From an uncultured Clostridium sp. (GTDB lineage: Bacteria; Bacillota; Clostridia; TANB77; CAG-508), in contig USDL01000002.1 of NCBI GenBank assembly GCA_900553365.1, positions 14,815 through 78,814 on the forward strand: a stretch of 64,000 nucleotides of DNA. Reading direction: 5' to 3'. Position 1 is the stretch's first letter. Every line of letters begins with the position of its first letter. Below the pieces are notes generated by a model that worked only from the letters and a program-made list of their open reading frames with translations, made no database searches and was not told where the DNA came from. Positions 17,832 to 28,584 of this stretch are shown here, one piece after another. Position numbers and translations under genes: made by a program.

Positions 17832-19875
17832 TTAGTTTTCGTATATTATTCTAAATATTTCTGCTACGCTCCAAGCCTGAGCTACTGCACCCTTAGGCAA
17901 ATATGGTTTTCTTGAATCATATAATTCACTTATTTGTCCTATGCAGCCTCTCTCGCTTATTTCTTTCAAGAATGTATTTTTTGTTTGTTCTCTAAAGTCT
18001 TGAATTTTTTGTTTTAATTCTTCTTTGTTCTTTTTGTTTTTCTCTTCTTTTAGCATATTTTTTAAGCCATCATAATATATTCCTAAAAGCCATGGCCATG
18101 TTATTCCTTGGTGATAGCTTGAATCTCTTCTAAAGGAATCTCCCTCATAAGTATCTACATATCCTTTTTCACCTTTTGCTAATGTTTTTAATCCATACTT
18201 GTTTAATAATTTCTTTTCAACAACACTCATCATATTTTTGGCATTTTCTGAATTTGGCTCTAATACTGGATAAGTTAGAGCTATACTAAACAACTGATTT
18301 GGTCTTACTTTGTCATCTCCTATAACATCATAAAGGCACTTTTTCTTTGGATTAAAAAACTTCTCTTCAAATGATTTTTTGCATGTTTCAGCCATTTTTT
18401 CATAAATTTTTGCTTCCTTCTTGTCTCCAAATTTCTTGCATAATTCTTCCATTATTTTTAAGCTATTATACCATAGGCTGTTTACTTCAACGGCCTTACC
18501 GTTTCTAGGGGTAAAGCAATGTCCTTCATATTTTGCATCCATCCAGGTGTTTTGAGTATATTCTGTACCAGATGAAATTAATCCGTCTTCATCTAAGAAA
18601 ATATTGTTATTATCTATGTCTATTCCTTTTGAATAGTTATCTATTATAGATTTTAATTTTGTATAAATACTTTGTTTTATAAATTCATAATCACCTGTAT
18701 ATTTTAAGTATTTATGTACTTGTTCAAATAGAAGTAGTGAACTGTCTACACTGTTATATAAAGGTCTATTATCATAACCTGAATATCCATTTGGTACTAA
18801 GCCAAATTTTATATCTCTGGTAAGAGTTAATAGCACTTCTTTTGCAATATTATATCTATTAGTTTTTAATAAAAGTCCTTCATATGCAATTAATGCGTCT
18901 CTTCCCCAATCCAAAAACCATGGATAACCTGCAATTATTGTATGGTAACCAAAACTTGGTCTAAAAGCAACAAAATTATCTATTGCTATGCAAAATGCCT
19001 TTAAGTTTTTCAATTCTTCTAGTCTTTCTTTTGAGGCTTTTGTAATGTCCTCTTTTGCATCTATAAAGTCTGTTTTATACATTAATTCATTTATTCTTAT
19101 TATTTCTTTATTTATAACTGTTCTTGCATTTATTTCCTCTATGTTTTCTTCTAAAGAGCATATAAAGCTAACTTCTGTACCGAGAGTTTTCTTCTAGCTC
19201 TATCTCATATCTTCCTGGTACTGCATGATTTTCTTCTGGGAAGAAACCTCTTTTTTCTTCCTCTGTGTAATACATATTGAAAAAGGTATCATTAAAATGT
19301 TGTATGTATTTGCCTTTTGACATATACAAATACACAGGGTTGTTTGAATTTTCATCAATATTTAATTTAACTTTTAAATTTTTGATTTCTTGTTTTATAT
19401 TAAACTCATGGTTTGTGCTCATTGTATGGAAGTCTCTAAAATTTACTATTGGAGTTACTGTAAATTTTGCTTTTGGTCCTTCATTTTTTATTTTATACAA
19501 TACACAAACTGTGTTTTTGCCATATTCCATACATATAATCTTATAGATTTTTACATTTCCAACTTTATATGTAAAAACTGGCATATATTCTTTTTCAAAA
19601 CTTTCTAAATATTTATAACCATCGGATATGTAATTTTTACATATATTTGAGTATAGATTATATTTTTTCCCTTCAATTTCAATACTTTCATCAATTTTAG
19701 ATAGAATTACAAATCTTCTGGCCGGTGGTGTTAATGGTGCTACTAGTAAGCCATGGTATTTTCTTGTATTAATACCTAAAACCGTAGATGAAGCATATCC
19801 ACCTATTCCATTTGTTATAAGCCATTCTTTAGTTATTCCGTCTTTTAGCTCTAATTGTTCTTTTTCTAATTTCAT
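17832..19875 (-). CDS. Glycogen debranching enzyme / amylo-alpha-1,6-glucosidase family (GDE_N + GDE_C); continuous only with a +1 shift at CGG 19180-19182
   Basis: ORF 19168..19875 has ITNGIGGYASSTVLGINTRKYHGLLVAPL (N domain). ORF 17832..19082 has GYPWFLDWGRDALIA and YHQGITWPWLLG (six-hairpin C domain). Skipping the C of TCT-CGG-TAC opens a frame running 19181 to 17832 (450 codons) into the downstream ORF. Confidence 0.75.
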
Positions 19876-19923
19876 TAGTTTTTTCCTCCTTCAAAATGCT
19901 TTTCCTTTGCTATTTTGATATAG

Positions 19924-21426
19924 TTATTTACTATATTTTTTACCTTTATTAGCCTTCATTTCTTTCAAAAATTTTTCCTTTTCGTTTTTTTCTTCTTCGT
20001 CAGTCATTTTCTTTGCTTTTTCATATATTTTCTTATTTATGTTTGTTGTTTGCTCGCTTTCTCTTATTGATTCTATTCTATCTTGATATTTACTGCTAAA
20101 TTTGCTTTTACCTCTTACCACTTTTTCCTTTGTATGTTTTGGTTTTCTTTTCATTTTGTATTTTTTCTTTGCTTCTTTCAATTTTGCATTTAATAGTACA
20201 AATCTTTCATCTGTTTTCTTATCTTTAAATTTTAAATCATTAACAATTATTTCTATTATTTGTTTTGCAATTAAATCTGGATTATGTCTAATAAATTCGC
20301 CTTCTGTGCATGATACATCTGCTTTTAATAAGTTCACACCCTTAATATTTTGCTTATCAATCTCTACTAAGCTTGCTCCTGCTTTGTTATATTTTCTTAA
20401 TATTTCTGGTACAATATCTCCATTATCACAGATACAATAATCAATTATTTTATTTCCTGTATGGTCTATAATTGCTTGTATATGATTTGATAATGCATAA
20501 TCATCTGTATGTCCACTTTCTGTCATAATATTTGCAACGTAAATTTTATATGCTTTGCTTTCTCTAATTGTTTTTGCAACATTTTTTATTAATAAATTTG
20601 GAATTACACTTGTATACAATGAACCTGGTGCTATTACTATTGCATCAGCATCTTTTATTGCTTCAACAATTCCTGGTGTTGTCCTACAATTTGTTGGTTT
20701 AATAAACACTCTGTTTATTTTTGTAACTTTATTTGTTGTTATTGCAGAAATTTTTTCTTTTTCTTCTATAACGGTTCCATCTTCAAGTTCAACGCAAATA
20801 CGCATTTCATCTAAAGTTGCAGGTAGCACCTTGCCTACCATAGCAAGTACACTGTTGCTCTTTTCAATTCCTTTTGCTAAATCCTTGTTTAATTTTTCCA
20901 TTGCTTCTAAATATGTATCACCAAAAGTATTATCTCTATTAGGTAAGTTCATTAATTTTTCCATTTCATTACTATCTTTTGCTAATGCAATTATACTATT
21001 TCTTATATCATCTGTTGGTTTTCTTTTTGTATGGTTTCCATAACTAGATACTGTAACAATAGCTGTTAAATTATTTGTATAATTTTTTAAACCTTTAAGT
21101 ACTCTATTTAATCCAGCCCCTCCACCTATTACTACTATTTTAGGTCCCTTATCTTTTGTGTCTCCTAATTCTCGTATATTTTTAGCATCTTGTAAAACAG
21201 CAAGTTCTAATGTTCTTTTTTGTATGAATACTAAACCTACTGTAAATGCAGTAATACCGACTACAAATGTTACTACTATTCTTATTAAATCTGTTAATAC
21301 TAATGGATCTTTTGATGCTATTATTTGTGAAAATCCATAACACGCAAGTAACATACCTAAAATCATTAATACTATCCATCTTTTAATTTTTGTACTATTT
21401 TTTAGCCATCCAAAAAAACTTTTCAT
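19924..21426 (-). CDS. YvcK/CofD-family (gluconeogenesis factor-like) protein with N-terminal TM segments and a Lys-rich C-terminal extension
   Basis: KIVVIGGGAGLNRVLKGLK and GSLYTSVIPNLL motifs. Two N-terminal hydrophobic helices and a ~100-aa K/E-rich tail. Confidence 0.75.
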   Translation of the reverse strand: MKSFFGWLKNSTKIKRWIVLMILGMLLACYGFSQIIASKDPLVLTDLIRIVVTFVVGITAFTVGLVFIQKRTLELAVLQDAKNIRELGDTKDKGPKIVVIGGGAGLNRVLKGLKNYTNNLTAIVTVSSYGNHTKRKPTDDIRNSIIALAKDSNEMEKLMNLPNRDNTFGDTYLEAMEKLNKDLAKGIEKSNSVLAMVGKVLPATLDEMRICVELEDGTVIEEKEKISAITTNKVTKINRVFIKPTNCRTTPGIVEAIKDADAIVIAPGSLYTSVIPNLLIKNVAKTIRESKAYKIYVANIMTESGHTDDYALSNHIQAIIDHTGNKIIDYCICDNGDIVPEILRKYNKAGASLVEIDKQNIKGVNLLKADVSCTEGEFIRHNPDLIAKQIIEIIVNDLKFKDKKTDERFVLLNAKLKEAKKKYKMKRKPKHTKEKVVRGKSKFSSKYQDRIESIRESEQTTNINKKIYEKAKKMTDEEEKNEKEKFLKEMKANKGKKYSK

Positions 21427-21429
21427 TTT

Positions 21430-22335
21430 TTATTCACCTATTACCTTTATTTCTAATTCTAAATTTATATTATATTTTTCATGTACAGTATTTTTTATGT
21501 ATTCAATAAGCTGAATAACATCTTGTGCCGTAGCATTTCCTTTGTTTACTATAAATCCAGCATGTAAATCTGAAATATAAGCATCTCCAATATTATATCC
21601 CTTTAATCCGCATTTGTCTATAACTTCAGCTGCAATATATTCATTTTTTCTTTTAAAAACGCTTCCTGCATTTGGAAAATTTATAGGCTGTTTATCTTTT
21701 CTTTTTGCTGATAATTCATCCATTTTAGCTTTTATTATATCTTTATTTTCTTTCTTTAGTTTCATTTTTGCAGAAATAATTATATCATCTGTGTTATTAA
21801 ATCTGCTATTTCTATATGAAAAATTTTGATCCTCATTAGACACTGTATGTACTTGTAAATTATTATCCAAGTATGTAGTAAAGTCAACTACATCTTTAAA
21901 CTCACCCCCATAAGCACCTGCATTGATTTTTATTGCACCACCTAAAGTTCCCGGAATTCCACTTGCAAACTCCAAACCAGATAAACCATTTTCATAAGCT
22001 TTTCTAGCTAACACTGGTATTGGTACACCTGCACCAGCTTCAATTTCATCCTCATTTATTGTTAAATCTTTAAAATCCAACTTTATTGTCAAGCCTCTAA
22101 TTCCATTATCCTTAATAAGCAAATTTGAACCATTGCCAATGCACGTTACAGGAATATCAAGCTCTTTGGCAAATTTTAAAACGGCTTTTAATTCTTCTAC
22201 ACTCTCTATTATAATGAAAAAATCCGCAGGGCCTCCTATTTTAAAGGAAGTATGCTTTTTCATCATTTCATTTTGAAAAATTCTATTTTTATCAATTATT
22301 TCTACTAATTTACTATGTATATCCTTCATTTTCAT
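21430..22335 (-). CDS. murB: UDP-N-acetylenolpyruvoylglucosamine reductase MurB
   Basis: FKIGGPADFF, GNGSNLL, GIPGTLGGAIKINAGAYG motifs. Confidence 0.92.
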   Translation of the reverse strand: MKMKDIHSKLVEIIDKNRIFQNEMMKKHTSFKIGGPADFFIIIESVEELKAVLKFAKELDIPVTCIGNGSNLLIKDNGIRGLTIKLDFKDLTINEDEIEAGAGVPIPVLARKAYENGLSGLEFASGIPGTLGGAIKINAGAYGGEFKDVVDFTTYLDNNLQVHTVSNEDQNFSYRNSRFNNTDDIIISAKMKLKKENKDIIKAKMDELSAKRKDKQPINFPNAGSVFKRKNEYIAAEVIDKCGLKGYNIGDAYISDLHAGFIVNKGNATAQDVIQLIEYIKNTVHEKYNINLELEIKVIGE

Positions 22336-22458
22336 CTCCTATTTTAATAATATTCAAGCTATTGCCATTTTATCATTAATTTTCCAAAAAGTAAAGTCAG
22401 GGAACTTTTATTTTTACACACTTTATGCTATAATACTTTTAGTTAATGGAGGGTGTTT

Positions 22459-22713
22459 ATGTTAGACGATTTATTAATTCCAGAGGATAAACGAGTTACT
22501 ATAGATTTGCATAATATGGAGCTTAACGAGGCTCGCTATTATTTAGATAAGTTATTTGAAACTTTGCCTGATGATATAATGGAAGTTGTTATAATACATG
22601 GTTATCGTAAAGGACAAGTTTTATTAAATATGGTACGTAAGGAATTCAAACATCCTAGAATAAAACAAAAGGTAATTCCTTTTAATAAAGGAACTACCTT
22701 GTATTTAGTTTAA
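22459..22713 (+). CDS. Smr domain protein
   Basis: GGAGGG RBS then ATG at 22459. IDLHNM...VVIIHGYRKG pattern typical of small Smr proteins. Confidence 0.65.
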   Translation: MLDDLLIPEDKRVTIDLHNMELNEARYYLDKLFETLPDDIMEVVIIHGYRKGQVLLNMVRKEFKHPRIKQKVIPFNKGTTLYLV

Positions 22714-24001
22714 ATCTTTGCCAATTTTTTCAATATCTGGATTAGCTAAAATCTCATCATAAATGGTTATTTTTCTCATGTTTTTTATTTCTTGTATATT
22801 ATATCCCATTTCTTTTAGCTCTTCAGTTTTGAAGTTTGTTATTATAGAATATTTGCCATTGTCTTTTACAACTTTCACAAGTATTTTATTTAAAACTCCG
22901 TGATTTTGTTCTAATTACATAGCTTAATCCATTTTCATATATTATGCTTGTGTTTGGAACTCTTAAGCCTGTTTGCTCCCACCATATTAACTCTAATGAA
23001 ATTTTTCTATAGTTAGTTAAGTATTCAACTCCTTGTGTTATTTTCAGTATTATTAATTTATCTTTTTCCTCTTGTTTTATGTATTCAACTTTCGCTGGTA
23101 TTACTTGATTTGTTGCCAATCTAATTTTTACTTTATCTCCAATTTGTACATCATTATTTTTTGTTTCAACTGCAATATAACATTCAAAATTATTTATTAT
23201 TTTGCCCATTTTATCACTAGTTGTTACTATTTGTCCTGTTGTTAAATTAAGGTCTTCAAGCATTTTACTACTTACATTATCAAAATTTTGTGGTGTTAAT
23301 GTTTCTTCTAACCCATCTACTCTATATGATACAATTCCTCCCATTGGTGCTTTTTCATATTTCGAACTGTTTTTTAGCTCTGTTTCAAGGTTAATTCTTT
23401 CATTTATTAGATTATTAATATATGTTCCTGCTGGACTAAGCTGCCCTGATATTTTAGCTTTTTTTGTGACATAGCTATTAATATCTGCTTTATATTCTTT
23501 TATTTCTTGTAAATTGTTTTTATTTTGTATTCCATTTATTTTATTTTCAATTTGCTTTTCTAGTGCTTTAATATCACTTGAAGGTGGCTCTATTTGGCCT
23601 TCCATTGCTGTTTGTATTTGAATATTCAAATCTTTAATTTTTTGATTTAGTTCTTGTTCATTTGTTGCTTCATATCTAAATACTTCTTCTCCTACTGAAA
23701 CTCTTTCGCCATCATTTTTTATTTGTACTAACTTGTTTTGATTTTCGGTGTTTTGTATAACTTTTTCTTCTCTAATTACATAACCTATAAGACTTTCTCC
23801 TTGTTCTACAGTTCCTTGTTCTACTAAAAATGAATCACTAGGATTTATAGCTAACCTTATTATTTGATATGTACAAAATATTAGGATAAATATTATTAAA
23901 GATAGCAAAAAAACCTGCATTGCATATTGTTTAAATTTATTTATTTTAATTTTTTTAAGATTTACATCTCTTTGCTTTGGTTTTTCTTTAATTTGTGCCA
24001 T
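22705..24001 (-). CDS. HlyD-like membrane-fusion/adaptor protein; the last 64 codons are reached only by a +1 shift at CGG 22898-22900
   Basis: N-terminal TM and a long coiled coil; the family call is weak. The zero frame ends RTKSRSFK*. Skipping the C of TCA-CGG-AGT gives ...RTKS|GVLNKILVKVVKDNGKYSIITNF...IGKDLN*, 64 stop-free codons in AT-rich DNA. Confidence 0.6.
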
Positions 24002-24024
24002 CTTCTAAAGTTTTCCTCCTTATA

Positions 24025-24933
24025 CTACATTAATATTAATTTTACATTTTCTTCTGGCTCTTTTTCTCCATCTAGCCAAATTGTAGTTTTATTTTTTCTA
24101 AACCATGTTAGCTGTCTTTTTGCATAATGCCTTGTTTCTTTTTTTATTTTTTCTATCATTTCTTCTTTTGAAATTTTATTTTGTAGATATTCCACAGTTT
24201 CCTTATATCCCAAGCCTTGCATAGCTGTTGGAAATTGATTATATTTTTCTAATATTCCTTTTACTTCACCTATTAGGCCTTCATCTACCATCATATCTAC
24301 TCTTTTTTCTATCCTACTATACAATTTTTCTCTATCCATATCTATTGCAAATACTTTAAAATTATATTTTAGCTCTTTTTTTCTTGATTCTATTTCTTGT
24401 TTTGTTTTTGTTTTTCCTGTTTTATGGTATATTTCCAAAACTCTTATAATTCTCTTTTTGTCATTTATGCTTATTTTTTTCATAGCTTCTGGATCTATTT
24501 CTTTTGCTTTATTGTATAGTTTTTCTAGTCCCTCATTTTCTGCTATTTTATTTAATTTTTCTCTATATTCTGTATCTATTTCTTCATCTTGAAATTCTAT
24601 TCCATAGATTAGGCTATCAATATACAGTCCTGTACCTCCTACTATTATTGGAGTTTTGCCTTTTTTTAATATTTCTTCTATCGCCAATTCTGCATCATTT
24701 TTAAAGTTTGATACACTATATCTTTCATTAGGAGATACAATATCTATAAGGTAATGTTTTATTCCTTGCATTTCTTCTTTTGTTATTTTTGCAGTTCCAA
24801 TGTTCATTTCTTTGTATATTTGCATTGAATCTGCTGATATTATTTCTCCATTAATTTTTTTTGCAAGTTCAACTGCTAATTTCGATTTTCCTGATGCAGT
24901 TGGTCCTCCTATTACATATACCTCTGGTTTCAA
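24025..24933 (-). CDS. miaA: tRNA dimethylallyltransferase MiaA
   Basis: P-loop VIGGPTASGKS; SADSMQIYK; RQLTWFRK. Confidence 0.92.
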   Translation of the reverse strand: MKPEVYVIGGPTASGKSKLAVELAKKINGEIISADSMQIYKEMNIGTAKITKEEMQGIKHYLIDIVSPNERYSVSNFKNDAELAIEEILKKGKTPIIVGGTGLYIDSLIYGIEFQDEEIDTEYREKLNKIAENEGLEKLYNKAKEIDPEAMKKISINDKKRIIRVLEIYHKTGKTKTKQEIESRKKELKYNFKVFAIDMDREKLYSRIEKRVDMMVDEGLIGEVKGILEKYNQFPTAMQGLGYKETVEYLQNKISKEEMIEKIKKETRHYAKRQLTWFRKNKTTIWLDGEKEPEENVKLILM

Positions 24934-24954
24934 TTTTATTCTCCTTAAAATATT

Positions 24955-27036
24955 TTACTTTCTTCTATTAAATTTCTTTTCTAAATCTGTTTTATCCATT
25001 TTTATTGCTGTTGGTCTACCATGTGGGCATGTAAATGGATTTGGCAATACTAGTAATTTTTTCAATAAATTGTCTACTTCTTCTTTAGTTAATGCCATAT
25101 TTGCTTTTACTGCTGCTTTGCATGCTATTGTTGCAATGAATTTGTCCTCTTTTTCTTGCTTTGCTGTTATTGCAACTGTGTCTATTGTATCTAATATTTC
25201 TAAGAATAGTTCTTTTGTATCCATTTCCATACAAATTGAAGGGACTCCAATTAGTCTTATAGTATTCTCTCCAAACTCTTCAAGCATAAAACCCGCTTTT
25301 TTAAATAGGTCTATGTTTTCTCTAACTATTGATTTTTCTTTATGTGATAATGTTATTATATCTGGTAGTAGCATTATTTGAGAATCTTTTTCTGCGTTTT
25401 TATAATAATTCTTTTTTATTTCTTCATACATTACTCTTTCATGTGCAGCATGTTGATCTATTATGTACATTTCACTGCCCATCTCGATTATTATGTATGT
25501 TGAAAATACTGAGCCACAATATTTATATGCTGGAACTTTGCTGTAATCTTCATTATCCTCAAATAAAGACATATTTTGTTTTGTATCAGCAAATGAATAA
25601 TTTGTTACCTTTTCCGCTTCTCCTTTGTCTTCCTCTTTTTTTATTCCAAATGTTTCGCTATACATTTTGTTGAAATCTACTTCTGCTGATGGTGAGTTAG
25701 TTGCTTGTTCTTTATAAGAATTTGTTTCATTATTTTTATATGCAAATATTTGCTCTATTGCATTTTTTTCAACCTGTTCTTCTATTTCATTATTTTTCTT
25801 TTTGAATATTCCAAAAAGTCCTGTTTTCTTTTCTGGTTCTTCATTTTCAATTTTTTCAGTTATTGGTGTGAACCTTTGAGTTTCATCTATTTTTGCTATT
25901 TCTTCTTTTTTCTCTGAGACTGTTGGTAATACTTGTGTTATTTGTTCTAAATTCTTATTTTCTATTAAAATGTTCTTTTCATCATTGTTTGCTATAATTA
26001 TTTCCGGTTTTTCTGCTTTTTGTTCTTGTTCTGTATTCTTTATTAAATCTCCTTTTAATAATCCCTCTCTTATTGCATGATATACTGCTTTAAAAACTTT
26101 TTGTTCTTCTTGAAATCTAATTTCTAGTTTGGTTGGGTGAACATTAACATCTATCTTATTTGGTTCCATTTCTAAGTTTAATATTATAAATCCAAATTTT
26201 CCGATTGGAAGAAGCCCTTTAAAAGCTTGTTCTGCTCCTGCTGATAATGTCTTGTCTTTTATAAATCTTTTATTTACAAAGAACATTTGATAGCTTCTAT
26301 TATTTCTTGCTATTTCTGGTTTTCCAATTACACCTGTTACTTTTATATCTTCATATACATAATCTATATCCAGTAATCCATCTGTCGTTTCTTTTCCATA
26401 TAAATTATATATTACTGTTTTTAAATCTCCATTTCCTGTTGTTTTTAATATTGTTTTATTTTCATTTTGTAACCTAATTGCTACACCTGGATTTGCTAGA
26501 GCTATTCTTGTAACTGTATCTTCAATATATCCTAGCTCTGTATAATCTTTTTTTAAGAACTTATATCTTACTGGTGTATTGTAAAATAAATTGCTTATTG
26601 TGATTGTTGTTCCTTTTTGTGCTCCAATTTCTTCTTGCTCTAAAATGTCTCCACCTTCTAGTACAATTTTGTTTCCTGTAAATTCATTTTCTGTTTTAGT
26701 AATTAATTCAACATGAGATATTGCTGCAATACTTGCTAAAGCTTCACCTCTGAACCCCATTGATTTGACATTTGCTAAATCTTCTGCTGCTCTTATTTTA
26801 CTAGTTGCATGTCTTTCAAAAGCAAATCTTAAGTCGTCCTTTGCAATACCTGATCCATTATCTATTATTCTTATTTGCTTTATTCCTCCATTTTTTACCT
26901 CAATATTTATGCTTGTTGCTCCTGCATCTATTGAGTTTTCAACTAGTTCCTTAACTACTGAAGCTGGTCTTTCTATAACTTCTCCTGCTGCTATTTGATT
27001 TATTGTTAATTCATCTAATAAAACTATTTTTCCCAT
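24955..27036 (-). CDS. mutL: DNA mismatch repair protein MutL
   Basis: N-terminal INQIAAGEVIERPASVVKELVENSIDAG (GHKL ATPase); C-terminal dimerisation domain with CPHGRP. Confidence 0.93.
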   Translation of the reverse strand: MGKIVLLDELTINQIAAGEVIERPASVVKELVENSIDAGATSINIEVKNGGIKQIRIIDNGSGIAKDDLRFAFERHATSKIRAAEDLANVKSMGFRGEALASIAAISHVELITKTENEFTGNKIVLEGGDILEQEEIGAQKGTTITISNLFYNTPVRYKFLKKDYTELGYIEDTVTRIALANPGVAIRLQNENKTILKTTGNGDLKTVIYNLYGKETTDGLLDIDYVYEDIKVTGVIGKPEIARNNRSYQMFFVNKRFIKDKTLSAGAEQAFKGLLPIGKFGFIILNLEMEPNKIDVNVHPTKLEIRFQEEQKVFKAVYHAIREGLLKGDLIKNTEQEQKAEKPEIIIANNDEKNILIENKNLEQITQVLPTVSEKKEEIAKIDETQRFTPITEKIENEEPEKKTGLFGIFKKKNNEIEEQVEKNAIEQIFAYKNNETNSYKEQATNSPSAEVDFNKMYSETFGIKKEEDKGEAEKVTNYSFADTKQNMSLFEDNEDYSKVPAYKYCGSVFSTYIIIEMGSEMYIIDQHAAHERVMYEEIKKNYYKNAEKDSQIMLLPDIITLSHKEKSIVRENIDLFKKAGFMLEEFGENTIRLIGVPSICMEMDTKELFLEILDTIDTVAITAKQEKEDKFIATIACKAAVKANMALTKEEVDNLLKKLLVLPNPFTCPHGRPTAIKMDKTDLEKKFNRRK

Positions 27037-27053
27037 AATCTATTCCTTCCATT

Positions 27054-27500
27054 TTAGTGTATAGTGTAATCAACATAGTGTGTAGTATTATTTTTCACAA
27101 CTCCGTTTAGGCTTATAATATCTCTGTTTGCGAAATTGATAACAATATCATCTCCAACATCTGTAATATCAAAAAAGTTTTCTATATCTGCCCCTGAAAA
27201 GTATCTTAATTTTACTTCGTCTACATCTCTTGTTGCTATATTTGAATCAGCTGATATTATTTCTTGCAATTTAGCTTTTTGTTCACTAGTTAATGGTGAG
27301 CCTAGTGTTTCATAGTCCTCGCCTGATTCTAATGCTATATCAACCTTTTTTTGTAATACTTTCATATATGTTTGAAATTTTATAACCTGTGAACCTTGAT
27401 ATGTTTTTCTACTATAATTAATGATTAAACCTGCTAATATTACTAGCAACAATACTGTAATTATAACTATGGTTAAAGTTACTCCTCTATCGTTTTTCAT
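27054..27500 (-). CDS. Pilin/pseudopilin-like N-terminus protein (149 aa), paralogous N-terminus to 14502..15647
   Basis: AGGAGG RBS then ATG at 27500. MKNDRGVTLTIVIITVLLLVILAGLI leader/hydrophobic helix. The ORF-track start at 27575 is probably an extension. Confidence 0.55.
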   Translation of the reverse strand: MKNDRGVTLTIVIITVLLLVILAGLIINYSRKTYQGSQVIKFQTYMKVLQKKVDIALESGEDYETLGSPLTSEQKAKLQEIISADSNIATRDVDEVKLRYFSGADIENFFDITDVGDDIVINFANRDIISLNGVVKNNTTHYVDYTIH

Positions 27501-27607
27501 AATACTCCTCCTATTGTTTTTATCTTCCCATATTCTATCATATTGACTTTTGATTTTCAATAATTTTCTTGACATTTTTATTATGTGTGGTAAAATAGTA
27601 TTAGCTT

Positions 27608-27682
<75 letters not shown>

Positions 27683-27822
27683 AAATTTTATTTTTATTAT
27701 TTTTTATTAAATTTTATTATTTTTTATTAGTTCTCAAAAAGGCTTAAAATAGGGCTTTTTTATTTTTACAGATTTTTTTATTTTCTATTAAATCTCATTA
27801 TTTTTCATTAGTTCTTGTAAAG

Positions 27823-27886
27823 ATTGCATTAAAATTGCATTAAAATGTAAAAAATAATTGCATTAAAAATAATAATTGCATTAAAA
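27823..27886 (+). repeat. Four direct copies of ATTGCATTAAAA (candidate integrase arm-type sites, left arm)
   Basis: Copies at 27823-27834, 27834-27845, 27857-27868, 27875-27886. Confidence 0.7.
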
Positions 27887-28018
27887 AATTTTCTGGACAT
27901 AAAAAAACACCAGTAAAATAATGGCTTTCAAGATATTCCAAAAGGTAAACTGCGGGTAGTCGAAAACAACAATAAAAATATATAGTATTTTCAATATTTT
28001 CTTCGTTTTTATTGTCCT

Positions 28019-28041
28019 TTTTAATGCATTTTTAATGCAAT
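28019..28041 (-). repeat. Two inverted copies of the TGCATTAAAA motif
   Basis: ttttaatgca at 28019-28028 and ttttaatgcaat at 28030-28041. Confidence 0.65.
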
Positions 28042-28353
28042 TTATATAATTTTATATTAAAAAATAGAATATATCAAGTGATATACTCTATTTTTTTAAA
28101 TTATCTTTTTTTATTATATTATTACTTATATTATTATTTTTTATTATTTCTTTTAATTCTTCTTTTTTTAGTACGATTACATAGTTTTTCTCTTCTTCTT
28201 CCATGTAATACCTCCATACCATTTTATTATATTTTAACATTTAATCTGTTGCTTGGTAACTTGTCTTAAAACAACTTACCTCTAATACACTTTATAGGAA
28301 ACAAGTTAAAATAAATCTAGCTTTCTTGTAAAATTATGGCGGGAGGGGCCGTT

Positions 28354-28584
28354 ATGGTTTATTTAAGAATCAAAGAATTATTAAAAGAACAAAAGAAAAG
28401 TAAATATTGGTTCATAAAACATATGGAAGGTAGTTATCGTTCTCTTTCTAATATGATGGATAACAAAACAACTTCTATTCGTTTTGATACTATAGATAAA
28501 CTTTGCGATATATTTAATTGCGAAACAGGAGAAATAATTGCAAGAAAGAAGGATGAAAATGAGCAAACTCTTAAAGAAGTATAA
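28354..28584 (+). CDS. XRE/Cro-type helix-turn-helix protein
   Basis: GGGAGGGG RBS then ATG at 28354. LRIKELLKEQKKSKYWFIKHMEGSYRSLSNMMDNK...IRFDTIDKLCDIFNCETGEI resembles YozG/Cro-like HTH proteins. Confidence 0.7.
   Translation: MVYLRIKELLKEQKKSKYWFIKHMEGSYRSLSNMMDNKTTSIRFDTIDKLCDIFNCETGEIIARKKDENEQTLKEV

Noticed and set aside
27823-28041. Possible CRISPR array because of repeated ATTGCATTAAAA
   Set aside because: The repeats are only 10-12 bp, some overlapping or separated by a few bases. Orientation is mixed, there are no cas genes, and copies occur at both prophage ends. Integrase arm sites fit better.
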